A DNA stretch of 64,000 bases. Source: Lentisphaeria bacterium. GTDB lineage: Bacteria > Verrucomicrobiota > Lentisphaeria > Oligosphaerales > MVZH01. The notes under the pieces are model-generated. The model was not told the origin of the DNA, did not search any database, and was given only the letters and a program-made list of their open reading frames with translations. The stretch's first letter is position 1; every line of letters begins with the position of its first letter. Shown piece after piece: positions 7,842 through 16,958 of this stretch. Position numbers and translations under genes: made by a program. The DNA lies in assembly GCA_032251435.1 (NCBI GenBank), contig JAVVEH010000005.1, forward strand, positions 63,380 to 127,379, given 5' to 3'.

Positions 7842-9710
7842 ATGACGAGAGTCACACGGAAACTAAATATGATTAAAACAGCAGAACAATTGAAAAGCCG
7901 ACGGGAGACCGCGTCCAGCCAGAGCGGCCCGAACGTTAAAAAACGCGTCGTTGTGTCCATGGGCACCTGCGGCATCGCCGCGGGCACCGGAGATGTGCTG
8001 ACCGCCCTGCGCCAGGCGGTTGACAGCAAAGGCCTGGGAGAATCCGTTGAGATCATGGAAACCGGTTGCATGGGGCTTTGCCACAGTGAACCATCCATCG
8101 AAGTGATTGATGTCACCGCCAAGACCTCCACCATTTACGGTAAAGTCACTCCCCAGCAAGTGGATGCGATCTTGGATGATCACACGCACGCCGCGACCTT
8201 GTCGTCCATCCCCCGCACATGGTATTATCCCGAGGACGAGGCGAACACCCATAACGCCCTGCAGGCGCGTGTGGTGTTGCGCAACTCGGGCAATATCGAT
8301 CCGGAAAGCATTGATTCATATATCGCGGTCGGCGGTTATACCGGACTGGCGAAAGCGTTGACTGAGATGACTCCGGCGGAGGTGGTTCAAGTCGTGAAAG
8401 AGTCAGGCCTCCGGGGCCGCGGGGGCGGGGGCTTTCCGACCGGTGTCAAGTGGGAGTTCGCCGCTAAACAGAAGGCTGAGCGGAAATATGTCATCTGCAA
8501 CGCCGATGAGGGCGACCCCGGCGCGTTTATGGACCGGGCGGTCCTGGAAGGAGATCCGCACGCGGTTCTCGAAGCGATGACCATCACGGGGTACGCCATC
8601 GGCAGCGCCACGGGAGTTATTTATATCCGGGCTGAATATCCCCTGGCGATCAAACGTCTGGAGCGGGCCATCGCCCAAGCCCGGGACAACGGGCTGCTCG
8701 GCGAACGCCTTTTCGGCACGGATTTCAGTTTCGACATTGACATTAAATACGGCGCCGGGGCGTTTGTCTGCGGTGAGGAAACCGCCCTGATTCATTCGAT
8801 TGAGGGAAAACGCGGTGAGCCCACATTCAAGCCACCCTACCCCGCCATCGACGGCCTGTGGCATCAACCCACGATCGTGAACAATGTTGAAACATACGCC
8901 AACGTCTGCGCCATTTTACGCAAGGGGGCGGAGTGGTTCACCGGCATTGGCGTTGAAGGATGTCCCGGAACGAAAGTTTTCGCCCTGGCCGGAAAGATAA
9001 ACAAAGTCGGCTTGGTCGAAGTGCCCATGGGCACGACGCTTAAGGACATTATTTTCGGGGTCGGAGACGGCATCAAGGACGGAAAAGCGTTCAAAGCCGT
9101 GCAGACGGGGGGACCCTCCGGCGGCTGTATCAAGGCCGACCAACTCGACACGCCCATCACCTACGAAAGTCTCAAAACGCTGGGGTCCATGATGGGCTCC
9201 GGCGGCATGATTGTCATGGATGAGGATGACTGCATGGTGGACGTGGCTAAATTTTTCCTGGATTTCACATTGGATGAATCCTGTGGGAAATGCACCCCTT
9301 GCCGAATTGGCAATAAGCGGCTTCACGAAATGCTTGAAGCGATCTGTAACGGCAAAGCCGACACTGGCACGCTGCCCAAACTGCGGAATCTGGCCGCCAC
9401 GATCAAGGACACAGCTCTGTGCGGCCTCGGACAAACCTCCCCGAATCCGGTTTTATCGACAATGAACCAGTTCCCCGAGGAGTACCAGCAGCATATTCAT
9501 GAGCACAAATGCTCGGCCGGGGTCTGCCGGAACCTGATTTCCTACACCATTAACGACAAATGTGTTGGGTGCACGCTTTGCGCCCGCCAGTGCCCGGTGT
9601 CGTGTATTGATGGTGAGCGCAAAGAAAAACATGTGATCAATCAAGCCGCCTGCATTAAATGCGGCGTGTGTTACGACACCTGTAAATTCCATGCGATCGA
9701 CCGAGTCTAA
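7842..9710 (+). CDS. hydB: [FeFe]-hydrogenase complex subunit HydB (NuoF-like NAD(P)H/FMN subunit)
   Basis: 622 aa. N-terminal thioredoxin-like 2Fe-2S module (SMGTCGIAAG..GCMGLCHSEP) and the NuoF core GLRGRGGGGFPTGVKW. Also a 4Fe-4S motif ESCGKCTPCR and two C-terminal ferredoxin motifs (CVGCTLCARQCP, CIKCGVCYDTC). The start is uncertain (alternative Met at 7869). Confidence 0.9.
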   Translation: MTRVTRKLNMIKTAEQLKSRRETASSQSGPNVKKRVVVSMGTCGIAAGTGDVLTALRQAVDSKGLGESVEIMETGCMGLCHSEPSIEVIDVTAKTSTIYGKVTPQQVDAILDDHTHAATLSSIPRTWYYPEDEANTHNALQARVVLRNSGNIDPESIDSYIAVGGYTGLAKALTEMTPAEVVQVVKESGLRGRGGGGFPTGVKWEFAAKQKAERKYVICNADEGDPGAFMDRAVLEGDPHAVLEAMTITGYAIGSATGVIYIRAEYPLAIKRLERAIAQARDNGLLGERLFGTDFSFDIDIKYGAGAFVCGEETALIHSIEGKRGEPTFKPPYPAIDGLWHQPTIVNNVETYANVCAILRKGAEWFTGIGVEGCPGTKVFALAGKINKVGLVEVPMGTTLKDIIFGVGDGIKDGKAFKAVQTGGPSGGCIKADQLDTPITYESLKTLGSMMGSGGMIVMDEDDCMVDVAKFFLDFTLDESCGKCTPCRIGNKRLHEMLEAICNGKADTGTLPKLRNLAATIKDTALCGLGQTSPNPVLSTMNQFPEEYQQHIHEHKCSAGVCRNLISYTINDKCVGCTLCARQCPVSCIDGERKEKHVINQAACIKCGVCYDTCKFHAIDRV

Positions 9711-9802
9711 CCCCGCTCTGGCGGACAAAACTGTTCACATTAGCAAGCATGCCCTAACTAAAACTGGCCCCTGACATCTGTCACCCAGCGAGGATTTAAC
9801 CA

Positions 9803-11539
9803 ATGGTTACTTTGAAAATTAATAATCAAGCCGTGGCGGTGCCCGTCGGCACGACAATCCTTCACGCCGCCAGCGAACTCGGTATCGATGTTCCCACTCT
9901 CTGTCATTTGGAGGTGGACTGTCTCAAGGTCGAGCATCAAGTCGGCTCCTGCCGGATCTGCGTGGTCGAAGTGGAAGGCCGTCCCAATTTGGCGCCGGCC
10001 TGTTGCACGCCGGTGACGGAAGGCATGGTGGTGAGAACCAACACGCTGCGGGCGATTAACGCCCGCCGCACCATGCTGGATCTGCTTCTTTCAGATCATC
10101 CTAAGGATTGTTTGACCTGTGAGCAAAACGGGAACTGCAAACTTCAAAGTCTGGCGGCTGACTTCGGCCTTCATCACGTGTTATACAAAGGTGAAATGTC
10201 TGAGTATCCACTGGACATCTCCAACGAATCCATTGTCCGGGATCTGAACAAGTGCATCATGTGCCGTCGGTGCGAAACCGCCTGCAATGTGGTGCAGACC
10301 GTCGGCATCCTGTCCGGCATCGGCCGGGGATTCAACGCGGTGGTGGGACCGACCGGCGGGCGGCCGCTGACGGACACCAAATGCGTGTTCTGCGGCCAAT
10401 GCGTCGCCGCCTGTCCAGTTGGCGCCCTCACCGCTCTAAACCGCACGTACGATGTCTGGAAGGCCTTAAACGACCCGACTAAAACCGTGGTTGTGCAAAC
10501 GGCGCCGGCAGTGCGTGTGGCCATTGGCGAATGCTTCGGCATGGAGCCCGGTTCCATCGCCACTGGCAAATTGGTTTCCGGTTTGCGCATGCTCGGTTTT
10601 GACCGTATTTTCGACACCGATTTCGCCGCCGACTTGACGATCATGGAGGAAACGACAGAGTTGATTGAGCGGGTGAAATCCGGCGAAAATCTGCCGATTC
10701 TCACTTCCTGCTGCCCGGGATGGGTGAAATTCTTCGAACACCAGTTTCCCGATTTGATCAACATTCCCTCCAGCGCCAAATCCCCTCAGCAAATGTTCGG
10801 AACCATCGCGAAAACGTTTTACGCGGAAAAGATTGGGGTCAAGCCTGAGGATATGGTCGTCGTGTCAGTCATGCCGTGCTTGGCCAAAAAATATGAAGCC
10901 GCGCGCGACGAGTTCAACGCCAGCGGCGCTCGCGACGTGGATATCGTTATTTCCACGCGTGAACTCGGGGACATGTTTAAAGAGGCGGGAGTTAATTTCA
11001 ACTCCTTAAAAGATGGCGACTATGATGATCCGCTGGGGGAATCCACCGGCGCCGCGGTTATTTTCGGAGCCAGTGGCGGGGTGTTGGAAGCCGCGTTGAG
11101 AACGGCCGCCGACTGGTTGACCGGTGAGGACCTGGAATCGGTTGATTTCGAAGCCGTCCGTGGCATGGAAGGCATTCGTGAGGCGACGGTCACTGTCGCC
11201 GATATGGATATAAAGGTCGCTGTCGCCTCCGGCTTGGGGAGCGCGCGGCGGTTGCTGGAAAATATCCGCTCCGGGAAAGCGACGTACCACGCGATTGAAA
11301 TCATGGCCTGCCCGGGCGGGTGTTTGAATGGTGGCGGACAACCCTCCATCCATGGCAAAGATGATATTCTGGAAAAACGACGCGACGCGATTTACCGGGA
11401 TGACAACGCCAACAGTGTGCGTAAATCACACGAGAATCCGTCGATTATTAAACTCTACAAGGAGTTTTTGGGCGAGCCAGGCAGTCACAAGGCGCACGAG
11501 CTGCTGCACACAAAATATCTGGCTCGGAAAAATGTCTAA
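9803..11539 (+). CDS. hydA: [FeFe]-hydrogenase catalytic subunit HydA
   Basis: 578 aa. N-terminal 2Fe-2S and 4Fe-4S ferredoxin modules. All three H-cluster signatures are present: LTSCCPGWVKF (L1), VMPCLAKKYEA (L2), EIMACPGGCLNGGGQP (L3). Confidence 0.95.
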   Translation: MVTLKINNQAVAVPVGTTILHAASELGIDVPTLCHLEVDCLKVEHQVGSCRICVVEVEGRPNLAPACCTPVTEGMVVRTNTLRAINARRTMLDLLLSDHPKDCLTCEQNGNCKLQSLAADFGLHHVLYKGEMSEYPLDISNESIVRDLNKCIMCRRCETACNVVQTVGILSGIGRGFNAVVGPTGGRPLTDTKCVFCGQCVAACPVGALTALNRTYDVWKALNDPTKTVVVQTAPAVRVAIGECFGMEPGSIATGKLVSGLRMLGFDRIFDTDFAADLTIMEETTELIERVKSGENLPILTSCCPGWVKFFEHQFPDLINIPSSAKSPQQMFGTIAKTFYAEKIGVKPEDMVVVSVMPCLAKKYEAARDEFNASGARDVDIVISTRELGDMFKEAGVNFNSLKDGDYDDPLGESTGAAVIFGASGGVLEAALRTAADWLTGEDLESVDFEAVRGMEGIREATVTVADMDIKVAVASGLGSARRLLENIRSGKATYHAIEIMACPGGCLNGGGQPSIHGKDDILEKRRDAIYRDDNANSVRKSHENPSIIKLYKEFLGEPGSHKAHELLHTKYLARKNV

Positions 11540-11618
11540 GCCCGGCTGACTCACAGGATCTGTCCCGAACAAACGCTGGCTTAAACAGCCGACATTCCCA
11601 GAGGACGGCGGCGGGAAC

Positions 11619-12317
11619 TCAGCCCCTGCCGCTCGCCTCGGGTATTATGATGGCCCGCCAGTACTTCTCTCCATACGCCTTGATCGCGTAAGCGAAGAAA
11701 ATACCCGAGAGCACATCAATACTGTAGTGAGCCCGGGACAGGAACAGAGCGGCGACGATCATCATCAGACAGGCCAGAAGGGCCGCCCGGTATCGGCGGT
11801 CCGCGGCGAGCACAAAGAACATCCAACTGATGCCCGTGTGCCCGGATGGATACACCCCCAGCTCATAATTGGAAAAGCCGTTAAACAGCCCGCCGGTGCC
11901 GTCAAACATCGGGGGATTGCCAAATGGCGTAAGCACAATGAAGGCGCCTCTGACAAGATGGAAGGCGCCGCACAGAATAAGGAACAAGGGCACCTGCCTG
12001 TACTTCCGCCGGTGCGCCACATAGATGACGAAGACAAGCGTGGAAAGCAGAGAGGCGAAGTCGTACATGTAATCGATATCCCAAAGGGGAATGTTATCAA
12101 GAATCATGTCGGACAATACCGGAAGGCTCTTGCCGTGGCTGATATACGCGTACAGGTACGCCTGAGACATGTAATTCAGACGAATGCCGGCGAATAACAC
12201 CGCCAGACCGGCGTAGAACCGCCAGCTCCGCACCAGCGTCAGCCCACCCCCGAGCATGTCGGTGAGTATATTCTTGGCAGCGGTGACACGGGTTACAGAC
12301 ATATTAGAACTCGCCAT
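11619..12317 (-). CDS. PAP2_C / sphingomyelin-synthase-like membrane phosphotransferase
   Basis: 232 aa and polytopic. Motifs YPSGHTG and SRAHYSIDVLSGIFFAY (SGHT and HYxxDV of the PAP2_C/SMS family), plus HRRKYRQ..FHLVRGAFIVLT upstream. Overlaps the GT2 gene by 14 nt. Confidence 0.7.
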   Translation of the reverse strand: MASSNMSVTRVTAAKNILTDMLGGGLTLVRSWRFYAGLAVLFAGIRLNYMSQAYLYAYISHGKSLPVLSDMILDNIPLWDIDYMYDFASLLSTLVFVIYVAHRRKYRQVPLFLILCGAFHLVRGAFIVLTPFGNPPMFDGTGGLFNGFSNYELGVYPSGHTGISWMFFVLAADRRYRAALLACLMMIVAALFLSRAHYSIDVLSGIFFAYAIKAYGEKYWRAIIIPEASGRG

Positions 12318-13056
12318 AGTTATAGGTGATGTCTTCTTTGTAAATTTCCCGGCCAGTCAGCATCCGCCGCAGATGACAACCGATATATTTGGCCATGATC
12401 CGGGTGGAGCCCTCATGCCGCGCGCGGCGGTCAGATGTGTGAAAAGGCTTAGAAAGAATGCGGAAACGAAATCCCTTTTTTCTCGCCATTTTGATGTAGT
12501 GGCAATCTTCACATATACCAATGCGCTCATCGAATCCCCCCACCGCCTCATGGACCGCCGGCGTGGAAAACAGACAAGCGCCGTAGCCGCAGGCGTAGAA
12601 CGGATTTAAAAGCCGCATCGCGGTGTTTAGAAATAGCGACCCCGCGTCCGACAGCGCCGACTTCTCCTGTATCCGTAAAGGACATGTGGCCACATCCGTC
12701 CGGTGGCGGTCAAGCTGGGCGGTCGTCTCCGCGAGAAATGTCGGTGTCAAGACGGTGTCCGCGTCCAGAAACAGAAAACGCCCGCCCGTCGCGGCTTCCG
12801 CGCCCCGGTTTCGACCAAACCCGGGCCCCATCGCTTTCGCCAGCTTAAGATAGTGGAACGAGGGCAGCTTGTCCGCATACGCCCGGGCGACAGTTTCGGT
12901 CGCGTCGGTACTGGCGCTGTCCACGATGATGACCTCGAAACGGGTGTCCGTCTGGCGGGAAAGCGAGTCCAGTGTCTGAGGCAGATATTTTTCCTCATTA
13001 TACGCGATGACGATGACGCTGAGAAACTGCGAGGACAATGTCGGAACATGAAGCAA
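12304..13056 (-). CDS. Family 2 glycosyltransferase
   Basis: 250 aa. LSVIVIAYNEEKYLPQTLDSLSRQTDTRFEVIIVDSASTDAT and a DxD motif (FLFLDADTVL), a typical GT-A/GT2 N-terminal domain. Confidence 0.85.
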   Translation of the reverse strand: MLHVPTLSSQFLSVIVIAYNEEKYLPQTLDSLSRQTDTRFEVIIVDSASTDATETVARAYADKLPSFHYLKLAKAMGPGFGRNRGAEAATGGRFLFLDADTVLTPTFLAETTAQLDRHRTDVATCPLRIQEKSALSDAGSLFLNTAMRLLNPFYACGYGACLFSTPAVHEAVGGFDERIGICEDCHYIKMARKKGFRFRILSKPFHTSDRRARHEGSTRIMAKYIGCHLRRMLTGREIYKEDITYNYGEF

Positions 13057-13153
13057 TGATTACCCCTCCGTGGAAGCGTCACATAACCCGGTGACTAAAA
13101 AAAACAGTCGGGAAACATATCCTCCCAATGGCTTAAATCAACTACTTAAAGAA

Positions 13154-13273
13154 GGAATCGGCCGGGGTATGGGCACGTATGGAATGAAATTAATCGGGGA
13201 GACCTACCTGGGAGGCGCGGTGTCGTTCGCAAGCTCCCCGTAAACGGGAACAATCTTCAAGCTGACGCTGCCC
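13154..13273 (+). pseudogene. Relic of a histidine-kinase HATPase_c C-terminus (in-frame stop)
   Basis: Own translation: GIGRGMGTYGMKLIGETYLGGAVSFASSP*TGTIFKLTLP. This follows the G2-box to C-terminal pattern of sensor kinases (GxGLGLxIxKxLVExxGGxIxxxSxxGxGTxFxxxLP), with TAA at 13241-13243. No upstream kinase body remains. Confidence 0.45.
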
Positions 13274-13292
13274 CGCCAGTCCACCGCCGCTT

Positions 13293-13733
13293 TCACGGGG
13301 ACCACTCAACCACATTCTGAAAGGCTGTGACCAGGATGTATTTTTCCACTTTCAGCCGCATCATGGCCGATGTCGCGGAGGTGACGAAATCCGTCAGTTG
13401 GGGATGACGCTTGAGGAAAGCCGCCTGGGCCGCCGCGCGGATGCCAGCGGGACATTCGCCGGCGGTGCCAAGCGCCGAAACCGCGGCCGCGGTGAAAAAA
13501 TCATCCGGACGATGAGCGCGTGAGTCAACCAGAAGACTGGCCTGCGGATGGCGGACAAGATTGGCGTATTTCCGCGTCGCCCGCGTAGTGGTGAAATAGA
13601 TTTCAGAGAGATCTTCACGGACGGCGAATCCAACCAGACTGGGATAAGGATAAGACGCCAAGCTGGTGGCGAGCACACCAAGGGACTGTCCGAAGAGAAG
13701 GTTCTTTAACTCATCAACACATGCTGAAGTCAT
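13293..13733 (-). CDS. Pyridoxamine 5'-phosphate oxidase-family (FMN-binding split-barrel) protein
   Basis: LGVLATSLASYPYPSLVGFAVREDLSEIYFTTTRATRKYANLVRHPQASLLVD is PNPOx-like. Start moved to Met11 (13733, AGGTG upstream) because the ORF-track start at 13763 lies inside the ppdK terminator hairpin. Confidence 0.7.
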   Translation of the reverse strand: MTSACVDELKNLLFGQSLGVLATSLASYPYPSLVGFAVREDLSEIYFTTTRATRKYANLVRHPQASLLVDSRAHRPDDFFTAAAVSALGTAGECPAGIRAAAQAAFLKRHPQLTDFVTSATSAMMRLKVEKYILVTAFQNVVEWSP

Positions 13734-13743
13734 TGACACACCT

Positions 13744-13780
13744 GAAAAAAACAGGGCGGACACGTTCGCCGTGTCCGCCC
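13744..13780 (-). terminator. Rho-independent terminator of ppdK
   Basis: Perfect 10-bp stem GGGCGGACAC (13754-13763) / GTGTCCGCCC (13771-13780) with a 7-nt loop. On the minus strand a T-run follows (the + strand A-run at 13745-13751). Lies about 35 nt after the ppdK stop. Confidence 0.85.
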
Positions 13781-13814
13781 CGCGCGCCTGAGCGCGTTTT
13801 ATTTTGGAGCCTTG

Positions 13815-16502
13815 TCAGACGAGAGCGGCCTGAGCGGCGGCCAGACGCGCGACAGGCACACGATAAGGCGAGCAACTGACATAGTTCAAGCCGACCTGGT
13901 GGCAGAAGCCCACCGTCTTAGGCTCGCCGCCATGCTCACCACAAATACCCAGTTTGATGTCCGGACGGGTTGAGCGCCCCAGTTCCACAGCCATTTTGAC
14001 CAGTTTGCCGACACCCGTCTGGTCCAAAACTTCAAACGGATCGTAGTCGTAGAAGGCTTTGTCGGTGTCTTCCACATACGGCTTCAGGAACCGGGCGGAG
14101 TCGTCACGGCTGAAGCCGCAGGTCATCTGGGTCAGGTCGTTCGTTCCGAAACTGAAGAATTCGGCATTCTTGGCGATTTCGTCAGCGGTCAAGGCCGCGC
14201 GCGGCACTTCGATCATGGTGCCGATCTTGTAGTTCACCTTGACGGTGACGCTGCCAAGCACCTCGTCAATCACTTCTTGAGCGGCGGCCTTGCAAAAATC
14301 GAATTCTTTCACATGGCCGACCAACGGAATCATGATTTCGGGTTCAACGGCCTGACCTGATTTAGCGACCTCAACGGCCGCTTCCATAATCGCCCGGACC
14401 TGCATCTTGAGAATTTCAGGATAAACCACCGCCAGACGGCAGCCACGGAACCCGAGCATCGGATTAAATTCATGCAGGGACTCGACTGCGGCTTTGACGT
14501 GTTCAACCGATATGCCCAATTGCTCCGCGACTTCCTGCTGGCCTTTCGTGTCGTGCGGCAGGAATTCATGCAGCGGCGGATCCAGAAGGCGGATCGTTCC
14601 CGGGCGGCCGTCCAACGCCTTAAAGATGCCGATGAAGTCACTCCTCTGAATCGGCAGCAGTTTGGCCAGGGCGGCTTCACGCTCTTCAAGCGTTTTGGCC
14701 AGAATCATTTCGCGCATGGCGACGATCCGGTCACCCTCAAAGAACATGTGCTCGGTCCGGCAAAGCCCAATCCCTTCAGCCCCGAATTTGACGGCCATTT
14801 CAGCATCATGGGGCGTGTCGGCGTTCGTGCGGACATTCAGAGTCCGCAGCTCATCGACAAAGCTCATGAATTCCGCGTAATTCTGGTAAAGGCGGGACGC
14901 GTCGGCCGACATCTCACCGTTCAGAACCTGAACGATTTCAGAGGGTTTGACCGGTATGTCGGCATTGTAGACCTGACCAGTGAAGCCGTCAATGGCGATA
15001 ATATCGCCCTGATGAATCGTCGCGCCGTCAATGGTCATCTGCTTTTTCGCGTAATTGACAATGATCTCACCGGCGCCGGCGACGCAGGGACACCCCATGC
15101 CGCGGGCCACGACGGCCGCATGGGATGTCATACCGCCACGGGCGGTCAAAATCCCCTGAGCCACCGCCATGCCACCGATATCTTCAGGACTGGTCTCGAT
15201 GCGGACAAGAATAACTTTCTCGCCCTTGGCGGCCCATTCTTCGGCTTCGTCAGCGGTGAAAACGACTTTCCCGCAGGCGCCGCCCGGGCTGGCGTTCAGC
15301 CCCTTGGTGACCGATTGGGCTCGGGCGATCGCTTCAGAATCCAGAACCGGGGCGAACAACTTGCCGAATTCGCCGACCGGGACGCGGCTGACCGCTTCTT
15401 CTTTCGTGATCAGTCCTTCATCAACCATCTCGACCTGCGTGCGCAGCCAACTGAAGACAGTCCGCTTGCCGTTACGGGTCTGCAGCATGTACAGCTTGCC
15501 TTCCTGGATGGTGAACTCCAAGTCCTGCATGTCTTTGTAATGCTGTTCAAGCGTTTCACGGATGCCGACCAGCTGCTCGTAAACCTCGCGGTTGACATCG
15601 GCCAGCGTGTCAATCGTCAGCGGCGTGCGGATACCGGCGACGACATCCTCGCCCTGGGCGTTCATCAAGTATTCACCGTAGAACATGTTCTCACCGGTGG
15701 AGGGGTCACGGGTAAAAGCGACACCGGTCCCGGATGTGTCACCCATATTTCCGAAGACCATGGCCTGAACATTCACCGCGGTGCCGAGAAGGCCGCGGAT
15801 ATCATTCATTTGCCGGTATTTAATCGCCCGGGGATTGTCCCAGGAGTTAAAAACAGCGTTGATGGCCAGAAACAACTGTTCGGTGGGATCGGTGGGGAAA
15901 TCAGAGCCAATCGCTTTCTTGTACACGTCACGGTAGCGGGACGCGACTTCAGCCAGATCATCAGCGTCCAAATCGGTGTCGTTGGCGACCCCTTTCTCAT
16001 CTTTCACAGCCTGTAAAGCGGCTTCAAAATCATGGTGCGGAACATCCATCACCACGTCACCAAACATCTGCATGAACCGGCGGCAGCTGTCCCAGGCGAA
16101 GCGGGCGTTTCCCGTTTTCTTGATAATGCCTTCAACGGCGGCGGGGCTCATGCCCAAATTCAAAACTGTGTCCATCATGCCGGGCATGGACACCGCGGCG
16201 CCGGAGCGCACGGAGACAAGCAGGGGATTCTCGGGGTCGCCAAATTTGGCGCCCATGACATCTTCCAGCTTCCTCATGTTTTCCAACACCTGCTCCCGTA
16301 ACCCTTCGGGATACTGGTGATTGTTGGCGCTGTAATACCCGCACGTTTCCGTGCTGATCGTGAAACCGGGGGGGACGGGAAGTCCGATACTGGTCATTTC
16401 CGCCAGATTGGCGCCCTTGCCGCCGAGTAGTTCCTTGTGCGAGGCGTCAGCTTCAGCCGTGCCGCCGCCAAAGAAATAAACATATTTGGTCGATGCCATC
16501 AT
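13815..16502 (-). CDS. ppdK: Pyruvate, phosphate dikinase
   Basis: 895 aa. N-terminus YVYFFGGG..GGKGANLAEMTSIGLPVPPGF, the phosphohistidine loop GGMTSHAAVVARGMG, and a C-terminal PEP-utilising TIM barrel (GLCRTEHMFF, FFSFGTNDLTQ). Confidence 0.97.
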   Translation of the reverse strand: MMASTKYVYFFGGGTAEADASHKELLGGKGANLAEMTSIGLPVPPGFTISTETCGYYSANNHQYPEGLREQVLENMRKLEDVMGAKFGDPENPLLVSVRSGAAVSMPGMMDTVLNLGMSPAAVEGIIKKTGNARFAWDSCRRFMQMFGDVVMDVPHHDFEAALQAVKDEKGVANDTDLDADDLAEVASRYRDVYKKAIGSDFPTDPTEQLFLAINAVFNSWDNPRAIKYRQMNDIRGLLGTAVNVQAMVFGNMGDTSGTGVAFTRDPSTGENMFYGEYLMNAQGEDVVAGIRTPLTIDTLADVNREVYEQLVGIRETLEQHYKDMQDLEFTIQEGKLYMLQTRNGKRTVFSWLRTQVEMVDEGLITKEEAVSRVPVGEFGKLFAPVLDSEAIARAQSVTKGLNASPGGACGKVVFTADEAEEWAAKGEKVILVRIETSPEDIGGMAVAQGILTARGGMTSHAAVVARGMGCPCVAGAGEIIVNYAKKQMTIDGATIHQGDIIAIDGFTGQVYNADIPVKPSEIVQVLNGEMSADASRLYQNYAEFMSFVDELRTLNVRTNADTPHDAEMAVKFGAEGIGLCRTEHMFFEGDRIVAMREMILAKTLEEREAALAKLLPIQRSDFIGIFKALDGRPGTIRLLDPPLHEFLPHDTKGQQEVAEQLGISVEHVKAAVESLHEFNPMLGFRGCRLAVVYPEILKMQVRAIMEAAVEVAKSGQAVEPEIMIPLVGHVKEFDFCKAAAQEVIDEVLGSVTVKVNYKIGTMIEVPRAALTADEIAKNAEFFSFGTNDLTQMTCGFSRDDSARFLKPYVEDTDKAFYDYDPFEVLDQTGVGKLVKMAVELGRSTRPDIKLGICGEHGGEPKTVGFCHQVGLNYVSCSPYRVPVARLAAAQAALV

Positions 16503-16604
16503 TCGCTCCTTCTTGTGAATCTGTCTCGTGGCGCCCGCCGCGGAACACGCGTGAGAATGATCTCCGCCCCGGCGGCAAGCTGATTACATGTCACCTTGAA
16601 CCGG

Positions 16605-16712
16605 TTATTTCTTGCCGGCTTTTTTAATCGCGGTACGAACAGCGGCTTTCAAACGTTGCTTACGTAATTTGCGCCGAACGCGTTTTTGAACTTTATTGTA
16701 CTGCTGGCTCAT
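16605..16712 (-). CDS. Putative 35-aa highly basic small protein
   Basis: MSQQYNKVQKRVRRKLRKQRLKAAVRTAIKKAGKK. AAGAGG lies 7 nt upstream of the ATG. Sits between the E1-beta gene and ppdK on the same strand. The remainder of the 94-aa track ORF looks non-coding. No family recognised. Confidence 0.4.
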   Translation of the reverse strand: MSQQYNKVQKRVRRKLRKQRLKAAVRTAIKKAGKK

Positions 16713-16958
16713 GAAAAGACCTCTTTCATATACTGATTTCACAACGTTCCAACCTGAATGTCCCACACCGCGTGAACACAACCAGGCGACCGCGGCTTGT
16801 CTCCGGACACACACAAGAAACGGTGGCTTTGCAGACGTGAAACCGCCCTCAGGCCACCGGCAGAGAAACAAGCGCTGAATATAGCTCACTTTTCAGGTTA
16901 AGCGAATAAGGCGCCAGCGGTTCGATGTAAAAAAACAGAGACAGGCCAAACCGGTTTG

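Noticed and set aside
14472-16016. 514-aa + strand ORF
   Set aside because: It lies exactly antisense to ppdK, whose product is unmistakable. The translation is Arg/Gly/Asp/His-rich with no motif or RBS, the typical shadow ORF of GC-rich coding DNA.
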